Shown here: positions 39,535 to 50,178 of the stretch, one piece after another
Layout: every line of letters begins with the position of its first letter
Numbering within the stretch: position 1 is the stretch's first letter
From: Moniliella sp. 'wahieum'
Lineage: Eukaryota
Direction: 5' to 3'
Assembly (NCBI GenBank): GCA_003971905.1
Contig: RSEE01000069.1
Location: 62,001 to 126,000 of the forward strand
DNA length: 64,000 nucleotides
The notes under the pieces: model-generated
Seen by the model: only the letters and a program-made list of their open reading frames with translations
The model's database searches: none
Told to the model about the DNA's origin: nothing
Translations under genes and position numbers: made by a program

Positions 39535-42500
39535 TCAACCAACGTCAAGAAGGAAGGGAACAGTGAAAGAGAAGAGACGAATCAGTATGGATGGAAAGGC
39601 CAAGGAAAGCCGTAGGGAGGTTAAACTGGACTTCAAGTCAACAACCGCGTCTTGACTGCCTTCAAACAACTTGGCCTCGCCGGCTTGTTTCGCAGCCGCC
39701 CGCACTTCAGGAAGCTCGAAATCGTCTTGGTCCTGAATGTAGGTACAAGCCAGACGCTCAATCCTCCAAGGGCAGCTGGCGTGTCCCAGGAGCAGGGATG
39801 GCAAGAAAGGACAGGGTGCGGGATGTCCACTGGTCATCGAGTGCCGCCTCAAGGGCAGAGCGGAACCCCTTCTCCACTTGTGCAGGCGATATTAACGCCC
39901 TCTCACCCATGCCGTAAAGAGCCGGCCCGTCGCTTCCACCACACTCACTTTTTTGTTCAAGGTAGGCTGGACAAACGCCTCCACCATCTCGCCTCTCCAT
40001 ATGGGCGGAAGGCTGCTTGCTGCCGCCACCGCCGCATCAATGGTTTGAATGGCAAACCATTCTTCAACGTCGTTGCGGATCCGCTGTTGAGCGTCCGCTC
40101 GGCTCATAGTATCTCCCGATCATTTCCTGATGTAGAGGACGGGGACGATTTCTTCTCCTCCTGCTCATCACTCGCAAGAAGCGCAACAAAGTAGTTGCTA
40201 GACGCGAGGCTTCGCGTGTCCGAGGTGAGTTTCCCCGTTTGAACAAGTTGGTCCAGATAGGACTCTTTCCAGTACTCGAGGCATCGATGGGGACAAATTC
40301 TGTTGGCTGGGATGCACCTCCTTCCTTTGGCACTATGCTGGACATGCGCGGTGCTGCAGCACTCGGATGAAAGGGTGCAAAGAGGGAGAGGTGCACTGGT
40401 CGACCCAGGTGAATGCCTTTTTGTTTCCATTGTGGGGAAAGGGTTTTGGCCATTGAGAGTGGGGTTGGATGGTGTTCGCTCTCCCGTCCCTCCTGTCTGG
40501 TTGGATGTTAAGTCGTCTCGCATCAAGCTGCGAGATCCACTTGTTCCTTCGTAGTTCAAGAAGGTCAAGGATCATGAACCGTGCTCGGGAACTCATGCGG
40601 CTGAGTACTCAACTGATCAAACGGGTGTAAATGTCCTGCACGTTATTCCTCTGTACGAACCAGGCCTCATTTTGGCTGCAGGCCCACCGCTCATCCTTGT
40701 TGGGCCAGATGAGTGGCAATGAGTTGATCCATCTTGGGTCCGACGGCCTGAGCCAGTTGTACCCCCTTCTCAATCTCATCCTCCTCTAACTCGTGCTCAT
40801 TGCTGAGCAAGGTGTTTCAAACAGCTGATCACGATCGTCTCCTTCACCAGGCCAAGTTGAAAAGCGAACCGATGAATTGCAGCAGCCCCAGTGTTCGTCG
40901 TTGCCTTGTGCCTCGTAATACTCGTCGGTCATTACCGCCGCCTCACCAAGCTTTTTGAACCGCGTCCGCTCGGCCAGCGCATCCTCTGCAAGTTGCTTCT
41001 CCTTCTCCTTTTCCCCATTCGCTTCTCGGGCTGCCACCTGGTCAGGCGGAAATCGGCCCAGGTCGATTCAAAATCGACTTGGCAACGTCGGAGGAGCAAT
41101 GCGCGGAACAGTTTCCCGCCTCCAAGTTCGGACGTAAGGCAGACCGAATGCTTTGATCGATGGAACGCACAAGAGTGTCACACAGCTGGGCATAAATTTG
41201 GGAAAAGTTGGGCTCATCAATCGTTTTGGCAAAGATCATGTCGATCACCAGTTGCATCGTCTCCGCTTCTTCTTCCTCACACTCTTGTTGGTCCATTCAA
41301 TGATTTGGGCTGACGGCCGGGAAGTTGACAGCTGTCAGCTTGTTCAGTAGGGACTTGATCTTCCGTGCTGGTTGCTCTGCCAAGCTCTTATGAACCATCG
41401 ATGACGAGGTAAAACTGTGTGGTATCCAGCGATTTTCCCTGTGCAGCAAGGGTGTAGAAGAAACGGAAGGGGAGGGGATGAGGCCTGGTATGCGTAAAGG
41501 TCTCCATTGCGTGCTTCCGTCACTGTTGAAACGAATCGTATCCGGTGGCCTGAAGGGGAGGCCTCCATAGGCCTGAAGGATAGAGGCCGACGATGGTGAA
41601 TATGGCGGAAAGGAGCTCAAGGGTCCATTGAAAGTCTCGGTCGCCGGCTGTGATGATGTTGGGCACATTGATTTGGGATAATGGGGCCGGTAAGGCATGT
41701 GTTACACTACCGTGTGAGTTGTGCCGCCATGTGGAGAGGGATGGATGGGATGAGTGACATGTCCCCGAAAGTGGTCGTCAAACAGATGTTTGAACCGCAA
41801 CAAGAACTCGATTGTGTACCTTGTTTCCCCATGTTACTGCTCAGAGCCGAGGTCTGGACCGATGAAGGGCACACCACTTTCGCGGGATCCACTGGCAAAG
41901 CAGAATACCGGAATGCTGTTGAATTTAACCCTTTTGGCGGCGATAGGAACGAATTGGTATGCGAGGGAGAACTCCCAACAGATGAACTGCCTCCGACCAA
42001 GGAGTTTGAAAGGGAGGCTTGAGCTCGTCGGGCTGCTTAGGGCAGGCAGAATTCTGGTTGTGGACCGCAGAGTTGTAACGCGACGAGGTGTCTGACCGGA
42101 TAATAGGCTTGCCGGCATGGAAGTGTGTTTGACGGTTTTCTCACGTGCCTCTCTTGGGGGGTAGGTCGCTTCCCCCTCATTTACAGTTGGGAGAACAGGG
42201 ATGGTCAGGGACACCATTTTGGCCTTCTGTCACTTTGAGTTTGAAATCCGGTCGTCCCTGTTCTTTCGAGTATAGTCGTAGATAAGGCCTCTTCCTTGAC
42301 GAGTTAGCTTTGTGAACCCCTGCACTTGCACCTTCTCTTTCTCGTATGGTGCCTTGACTTCAGCCTGTTCCTTCTCAGCCTCACTTTCAGCATCAGTTTC
42401 GGCCTTCTTGCTAGCCTCGACTTCCGTCTCCACTCCTACTCCAGTCGCTTCCTCCCCATTGGCTTTGGCCTTATCCTCATTCTGCGCTTTGAAGACCCTG

Positions 42501-43692
42501 TTGGCTTCATCCTCCACTGGTTTAGACTTGGCTTCATCCTCCCTTTTGATATTGGCCTCTTCCCCCGGAACGTTGACGTCAATATCCGCTTTGACCCTGG
42601 CTTGGGCCACGGCTTCGGCCTTCGCTTCCGCTTTCACTTTCGTCTGGAGCTCCTGTTCTAACTGGAACATAGGTTTCCCCTCCTCAACTGTTCGGGTATG
42701 CTGCTGGTGAAGCCCGACGTGCTGATCCTCTTCATCTTGCATCACTTCGTTCCAGGTCTCATGAGGGGGGGCAGGACCCGGGTCCGGGTCGGGTAGCGAG
42801 CTGCTCTTCTACTGAACGAAACGGAATGAGAAGAAGGCTTGGATCAGGCGCCCAGGTTACTTGGCGACGGAATGCAGCGTACCAACCCGAGCAGGTTTCG
42901 GGTTCACCATCGGCTCCCAAATGCAACGGCCAAATGGGGCCAACGTAGCAGGTTGCTGGGCCAACTGGATTTTGCTCAGTTTCGACAGCGTGATGGGCTG
43001 GTGACTTGCCGGGTCAAGGATGGGGATCACCTTGTTGTTCGCACGCCGGCGGGATGACGAAACTCGCGCGTGTGCGGGTTGAGTGGCGCGGCGGTCGTAG
43101 CTTGACTGGTAGGCGCGGTGGTAAGCAAGGAAGAATAGGGAGAAGGCGAAGGGTGTTGCCCTGACGGGAGTGGGAGTGGGGATGGGGGTAGGGGGGTAGC
43201 GTACCTCGCTGCAGGCGGTGGGGCAGGGCAATAAAATGGCGGCGCAAAGTAAGGGCGGGGCAAGTGATGCATGTTGGGGCTGTTGGTGATGAAGCTGGGA
43301 AGCGGGACCGGTTGAGGTGCAGGCGAGGGTGTCCGCACGTTGGACAAGTGCGGGTCCGAGTATGCGTGCCCCTCGACAACGAAGGTGGGAAGGGGGCCCA
43401 TTTATATTGGTGCTTGTCGGGGGACAATGGGGATGAACTGTGTGTCCCTGCGGACGGCGTGGTGCGTTGGCCGCCATGTCTCAAGTGCTTGTTCGACGAG
43501 CGCTGCGGGTGGGAGCGGGGAATGTGGATGGGGCCTCCACATCTGTGGCGAAAGCGCGTGTCAGGGCGTAGAACGTGAGAGCAACATACCCAAGAACAGA
43601 ATAAAGGATTGATCGTGCTTACTGCTGCTACCGGAGAAGTTTCCTTTAGCGGCTTCCGAGTATTTGGACTTCGGGCCGCCTTCGATGGTCAT
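39535..43692 (-). CDS. Divergent eIF4G-like translation initiation factor (gene or decaying paralogue); many indels; ends approximate
   Basis: eIF4E-binding motif YTIEFLL (41798-41818); MIF4G segments RKIKSLLNKLT, LVIDMIFAKTIDEPNFSQIYAQLC, TDEYY, LGLLQFIGSLF and SSRARFMILDLLELRRNKW; C-terminal RIRNDVEEWF; acidic coiled region at 42230-42745. Confidence 0.8.
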
Positions 43693-44632
43693 GTTAGGAT
43701 GGGATGGCGAAGAGTGTCGGGAGTGGTGGGAAGAGGGGTAGGCCAAGACTGGGAAGTGGGGAGGGGGGGCACGGAAGGTGGAGAGGGTGGGATACGACGG
43801 GGTGTTGTATCCTCCACCTTTGCATTTTGCCACTGCTCCTCTGTGGCCGGCTATCCAGTGTGGCCAAAGCGCCCAATATCCTCCGGCGGCCACAGCGGGA
43901 CCCTACTTTTTGACGTTCGCCTATATATCTCGCACGCATTGACCACAAACTCGTCTCGGGAGCACAAGCATTAGCTTTGTACATGACGCATTTGAGCGAC
44001 ATTGTAGCCGTGCGGCGCAGCTGTGCGGCGCAGTCTTTCTCCTGAACCGGGTCTATACGGCGAACGTTTGAACGCTCACTGAAGGCACGGCCATGGGGCG
44101 GGGTGTGTGGAGAGGGAAGGATGCCAATTACTCCATCACAGCCTCAAGTACGATACTTTTCCGGCGTAGGGGCGATACCTGGCCGACACTGAGTCTCACC
44201 CACGCTTTCGAGCTCCTCCCTTCTGCCTAATGCTGTTGCTCAGTCGCATACGATGCAGCCCTGATGGCTTACTTGGGACAAACCGAAAGACGAGGAATCT
44301 GTTCGGCAGGCAGGAGGGAGAGGGGGTAAGATGATGTAGCTAAGATCGAGGGTGCGCACGGCAAAGCAGGAGTACGAGAGGCGAGCCAAAGCCAGTGGCT
44401 AAGGTATGGAAGAGAGAGGATGGGCAGAGAGCATGATATGCTTGGATCCAACAGCAGAAAAAACACAGGGGCGTACAGGTGAACACTGTGGCCCAGCCAC
44501 AGCATGGGCGGGCCAGGCAAGTGGGTGAGGAAGAGGGGGCAGGGGCGGACAGGGCGGGACAAAAGAGGAGGAAAGGAGAGGAGAAAGGAATGGGATGAAT
44601 GAGGGAAGAGAAGCCAGAGAAAAACGGAGAGG

Positions 44633-46143
44633 TCAGACCCACTTGCACCGTTCTTCCAACGGGTACACCACTGCCGTTTCTTTCCGCCCAGGGGGCAACA
44701 CGACTGCCTGTGCCGACGACTGAGCCGGGGTGAGGGGCACAGGAGAAGTGAGCGAATGGGGGAAGTAGCCTGCCGGACTGGCGCTGGTGGAAGAATAACT
44801 CAACCGCGGCACTGCCTTGACCGATGGACTGGGACCAGGGGGGAAGACGGGGTCGGCGGCCGAGGCGGAGAGGGAAGCGTTCGAGAAGCAATTCTGGGCC
44901 GGGATGACGAGGCTGGGTGGCCGCGAGCGCGCAGCCACGGTGTATGTGGGAGGAGCAAATGCCGAGGTAGACGCGACGGTGGCAGGGTAAGAGTTGCCGA
45001 CGGTCAAGGCGCGGGCGGGGCGGGTGGTGGTGTAGAGCGGTTGCTGCTGGGTCAGGCCCGGGGCCGAGTAAGTCCGAACGGGTTGGATAGGTTCTGGCAG
45101 GTAGACGGGAGAGGAGCTTGCCAGTGTAGACCGTTCCGCCGTCGGGATTGTGGGCGGGACTGGCGAGGCCGCGGATGCAGCTGCCGAACTAGGCGCAACA
45201 CACGTGAGGTAGATGTATTGGTCCAAATGAACCATAGGGTCGTTGAGGGTTTGGGTGAACCGTTCCAGCTCTTCAGGGGAGACATTGACTTGGAAGTTCA
45301 GGAAGCCGAACAATTCCCGCTCCATGTGGTTTACCTCTGAGAGTGAAAACAGTCCCTGCCCCACAATGGTCCAGGATTTGTTTGAATACGTGTCATCGCA
45401 CACAGCTTTGCTCGCCAGCATCAGCGCGCTGAGAAAGAGCGGGTGGCCCGCAGAGCCTCGGGCGGCAGGGAAATGTTGCTTGAGTCGCCTGAGTAAGTAC
45501 AAGGTCTGGTACGTCACTAGGCTTGGCAAGCGCGTGCGATATAGGGCGTATGCGACGAACTCGGCCAGGCGCGGAGCTGGCTTTTGGCTTGCGCCCACAC
45601 GGGGAGGTGAACCATCTCGGCTGCTGTCTGGGCACTCAAACAGGAGATTGACAAAGCGTTCACACAGAAGTGATATTGCTAGGAAAGGGGCCACGGGATT
45701 CAAGTCAGCGTCACTCCTTAGAAAGCAAAAGGTACAGTAAGAGAGGAGTGCCGGCACATACACTTGAATCCGTAGAAGGGATCGTAGTCTTTTTTCCGCT
45801 CACTGGCGGCGGGCTTGGTGTTGGAAGTGGCTGCAGCAGTTGACGCAGAGACAGTGGATGCGGATGCGGATGCGGATGCAGATGTGAATGCGGATACAGG
45901 GGCGGGAACATCACTGACACCAACCGTGGTGCCCGCAGGGGCAGCGGTGGTCGAAGTGTAAGCACTGATGCGAGAAGATTGTTGTTGATGCGTGTGCTGT
46001 TGAGGCGGGCCGGTTGCAGAAGCCGGGATGTAGCGGGGCATGGCAGAGAAGGAGTTGGCACGGGCCCGGGCGGCGGCCGATACCGACCAGGCGGGCACAA
46101 CGGCGGGGGCAACAGTCGCAGTGGCGGTAGAGGTCATGGCCAT
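44633..46143 (-). CDS. Pho85-type (Pcl/Clg1-like) cyclin, two exons
   Basis: DPFYG, then an intron, then LAEFVAYALYRTRL...LYLLRRLK..FPAARGSAGH.LFLSALMLASKAVCDDTYSNKSW...EVNHMERELFGFLNF (cyclin box); P/S/T-rich tail. Confidence 0.88.
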
Positions 46144-46789
46144 GGCAAACGATGGATCAGGCGCACAGGTGGGGGGATGGGAGCATGGAGGTATGGGGAA
46201 GGGAGAGGTGGGAAAGGGAAAGGAGGGCAATTGGTAGTGGAGGGGTAAGGAGAGGAGTAGAGGCGAGGATGGGACAAGACAGGGGCGACGGAAGGGCGTT
46301 GGTGAGAGCAAAAGAAAGGAGCGAAGGGCCAGGCAAGGGGTAGAAGAAAAGCGGGACGGTCAATGCAAAGAGCGAGTCTACGTACTGCGGCTGCTGGTGT
46401 CTGAGTTGTAACACAACAGGTGGCTGGCTGTGCGCTGACATGGAGACACGCCTTTTGGGTCGCGGCAGGTGGCCGTAACGCGCGTGACGCGTGACGGCGT
46501 GATGCTTCCAATCGTTGCTCATCGATGGGAAGCACAGGGTAGCACGCGGTGCACAGATCCACTGTCTGGCCATGTCCCCTGTCGCACAGCGGGGATAGCG
46601 CGCAGGGCCCGCCTCTTTCGCCCTTGTTCGGACGACCGTCCGTCCACAAGGAGTGCACAGGCGGGGTGGTGCTGGCTGCTCCCCACGGGAGCACAGACAA
46701 ATGGCGCCAGGGCCGTCGGGCGGGCACAGGCGCTCTGCCATCCTCCCAGTGCTGGCCGCGGTGAAAAGTTATCAACTTGAAGGCTGAAG

Positions 46790-46838
46790 CTTGAAGCTTG
46801 AAGCTTGAAGCTTGAAGCTTGAAGCTTGAAGCTTGAAG
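46790..46838. repeat. (CTTGAAG)7 array
   Basis: Seven exact tandem units with degenerate flanking units. Confidence 0.95.
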
Positions 46839-47032
46839 CTTGACACCTCCACAATCGTCGCTGGGCGTTGCTGGCGGCGCGCGCGGGCGCAGACCGGGGG
46901 TGGTACGTTGGGTCCCAATGCTCCGCAGAGCGAGCACCTGAGAACACACACACGGTGGTCATCGGTGCGATGATCGAAGGCTAGATGACTAGCACTATGG
47001 ACCAAATGATCGATGACTAGTAGCTAGTACCT

Positions 47033-47078
47033 AGTAACTAGTAACTGAGCGTTTAACGTTTAACGTTTAACGTTTAAC
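47033..47078. repeat. (AGTAACT)2 followed by (GTTTAAC)4
   Basis: Exact units at 47033-47046 and 47051-47078. Confidence 0.92.
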
Positions 47079-47337
47079 GCGGACATTGAACGTACTGGAC
47101 GTCTGAACGCAATTTGGAAGTAGCCCTGGGGTGGCTGTCCGTAGATCTAGACTACGGGCGAGGAACACATCCCAGCCATGCACCCTACTGGCGTGTGAGA
47201 TACTCAAGAGTACCCATCCCTATCGACTATCTCCAGCCATTGACCATCCCACATCGAACATCCCTCCCACTCCAGGTACCCTGGGGGCTGAGGCTCGGCG
47301 CGCTGAGCCTCAGCCTGAGCACTTGAGCGATTATCTG

Positions 47338-47421
47338 GATTATCGATCATCGATCATCGATCATTTACAGGCTCGAACAGGGAGCCCGTCATGTGTGATC
47401 GATGATCGATGATCGATGACC
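47338..47421. repeat. Oppositely oriented GATCATC and GATGATC arrays
   Basis: GATTATC-(GATCATC)2-GATCATT at 47338-47365 and (GATGATC)2-GATGACC at 47401-47421. Confidence 0.88.
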
Positions 47422-48412
47422 TTCTTTCCAAAGGCCCAATGTCCTGTGCATCACCCGTCAAACTGCACTTGCGAACATGCTAACGCCAATGCCGATGCCA
47501 ACGCCAATGCCGATGCCAACGCCAACGCCATCGCCATCGCCAATGCAGCCAGCCATGTTGGTTGTCGCCTGCTGGTGCCACAGTGGTTTGCGCCCCCGGT
47601 GATTGAGGTATCCCACATGACCGGGTGACCGGCCTGCTGATGGCCAAGGCGCCACGGACGCCTATCACCGATCACACAATCCCTTGCATGATTAATCCGA
47701 TCAATCAGCAAGGCAGCAATGCAATACGGATTCAATATGCAGGTATCTGGCCCAAGGCTGATGCGCTCATGACTGTGATGCAAATTTAATGTCTTGGCCC
47801 CGGCACGGGTGACGCAGTGGCCAGGACTCTGACTAGTGGTGCATGGTGGCCTCTGGTCTGCGTGTGCCGGCCTTTTGCCAGCTCCAACAGGCCGCGTGGC
47901 GCTCCGTACTCAGTTGCTCAATTCCCAGTTCATCAGGGCCTCAATATTCAATGCGTCCCTGTACTTCCTTGTCCCGGTGATAATTAGAGCGTGTGGCGGC
48001 GTTGAACTTGGGTACGTTGAACTTGTACGGTACGTTGATCCATGATCGATGGCCAATGCACCATACGTACACGGCCGGCGAGAACGAACGTCGTCCAGAG
48101 GCGTGGGACCACTGGGAAGCTACCCGTGAGACTCCGATTGTGCATATGGCCCAACTACAGCCATCAACCAACCTCATCGGTCACCGATCATCTCTTCGCC
48201 AGCCGACGCCCACCCAGCGGCTAGTCAATATTCAATCTGCAAGCTACCACCTCCAAGCTTCAAGCTTCACCGGCACCCTTCAAGCTTCACGAGCTTCAAC
48301 AGCTCCAGCCTTGAAAAGCTACATTGTCATGTTGGTACCGATGATCGATGATGCATGATGGGCAGGCACGCCCTGGCACGCTTGTGACATGTGACATGCG
48401 AAGCTTGTGAGG

Positions 48413-48475
48413 CTTGAAGCTTGAAGCTTGAAGCTTGAAGCTTGAAGCTTGAAGCTTGAAGCTTGAAGCTTGAAG
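48413..48475. repeat. (CTTGAAG)9 array
   Basis: Nine exact tandem units, preceded by (TGTGACA)2 at 48383-48396. Confidence 0.95.
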
Positions 48476-50150
48476 CTTTGAGTACTCCTCCGTACTGGGC
48501 GGGAGTGCCCATTTCTGAGCTCAGATCAATCCAGAGGCTCCACGCTCATTGAGATATGCGATTCTGAGCCCCCAACCCACATTCGCCACCAACTTACGAG
48601 TAAACGTCTATAGCCCAAAGGCGTCCATCCCCCTCTTACGAGCTTCAAGCTTCATCGATCATCAGCTTCACTGACCGCGCATTGAAGGTTGTAGTTCAAC
48701 GTGGCTAAGTCTGTGGAGCGCTCGGCCGTTCAACGCGTTCAGCACGCGCTCAACGTTGAGTTCAACTTGAACATTGTGCTCAAGCGTCATGCACATGTCG
48801 CTGTCTATAACATTACACCCTCCTTTGTACCCTTTCTCTCCAAACCCCCAGTGGCGACAAAAACACATCGATCATCCCCCTTGTATACATGTCGATCTCA
48901 CCGTGCGTTTGTACAGCGTAGTAGTGCCCCTGCCCTCCTTTCCCTTCTGCGGCACGCATCGGCATTTGCTTTTACTACCCACCGTTACCACCTATGGTTG
49001 CCCTTTCTATACTCTTCGGCCGTGGCCGGCAAACGCAGCCAGCAACATGGCACACCGTTTTTGCTCCGGTGACCGCATGATCGCGTGACCGAGGGTAACC
49101 GCGGTAATTGGAAAGCGGGGGGGTTAGGTAACCGGTAACCCCAGTGACTAGTGACCGGGAACCAATAATTGGTATAGCCAACCATACTTGCCTTCGACCA
49201 TTTGGCAATCATATGCAATTCAAAGCGATGCAAATAATCGTCGCCGGTCCCTACTCCCAAAGTGAGGACCAGCAAGGGGCCAGCCCTTCGAGGCGGTGCA
49301 ATGAGATGCGGCTTACCAACATACAATACACGTATTCCATATTCACCGGCCACCGCCTTCTCTCAGTCCCTGCCCCTCCTAAGTTTGGATGATAACGAAG
49401 ATGCGGGGCGGCGGGGACTAGTGGGCCTTGCGCATATGTCTTCGTAAGCAGACCGCCACGTGTCTGTGCTACATTTGCCATCGGCCGTTTGCAGGCGGGG
49501 CAGAAGAGGAGCGGTACTGCAGTACCACAAGGCGGCACCACCATGGAGGAGGATAAATATTCCGGTAAATCAGGACTGCCTGTCACCGGCCCGTGTGATC
49601 GGGTGATACATCCCGCTACCTTAGGCGTAACGCGTAACCTTAGGCCCCACCAGCCCGGTCGGACAGCTCGCATCGCCCCCCTCAACGCTCCGGATCCCCT
49701 CGTTATCTCACACTCTCATACCCCCTTCTCTTCATCTCTTCTTTGGCCCCCCGGCCTTACTGGTTACTAGTTACTCCGCATCGAAGTTCAATATATTCAA
49801 CGGTTCAACGTTCAACTTGAACTGTCACCATGTCACCGGCCAATGGTCCCGTTCAACGTTCATAATGTTCAACGAACGTTCAGCCACACCTAGTTGAACG
49901 TTGACTAGTGACTAGTGACTCTAAAGTTTTCATTCTAAACACCGTGCTCTGTACTTCTCAAGTGGCCTCGCGGAATACGGTACTTCTCCAGTATCAGCAC
50001 TGGCAACCAGAGGTTCCCTTCCTTCCAAATTCACTTCACCGGCTTCACCGGTAATGCTCACCACCTATCACCGTGACCCTTCAGCTTCACCACCAGTGTG
50101 AATACATGTGAAATCCTAGACATCTAATCATCTTACGCATCTAGTGATCT

Positions 50151-50178
50151 AGTCACTAGTCACTAGTCACTAGTCACT
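50151..50178. repeat. (AGTCACT)4 array
   Basis: Four exact tandem units. Confidence 0.92.

Noticed and set aside
46134..47005. ORFs containing (QASSFKL)n peptide repeats
   Set aside because: They are simply translations of the stop-free strand of the (CTTGAAG)n array and appear in all three frames.
47478..47545. GCCAAT/GCCGAT/GCCAAC hexamer run (ANANAD-like)
   Set aside because: This is an ordinary degenerate hexanucleotide microsatellite, like those inside the formin, with no supporting gene context.
46790..48475. (CTTGAAG)n arrays as CRISPR repeats, telomeric repeats, heat-shock elements or cloning-linker (HindIII) artefacts
   Set aside because: There are no spacers or cas genes and the context is eukaryotic. 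The unit is not TTAGGG-like and is internal. It lacks the alternating nGAAn/nTTCn pattern of an HSE. Degenerate copies and many other unit types blend into genomic sequence, unlike linker concatemers.
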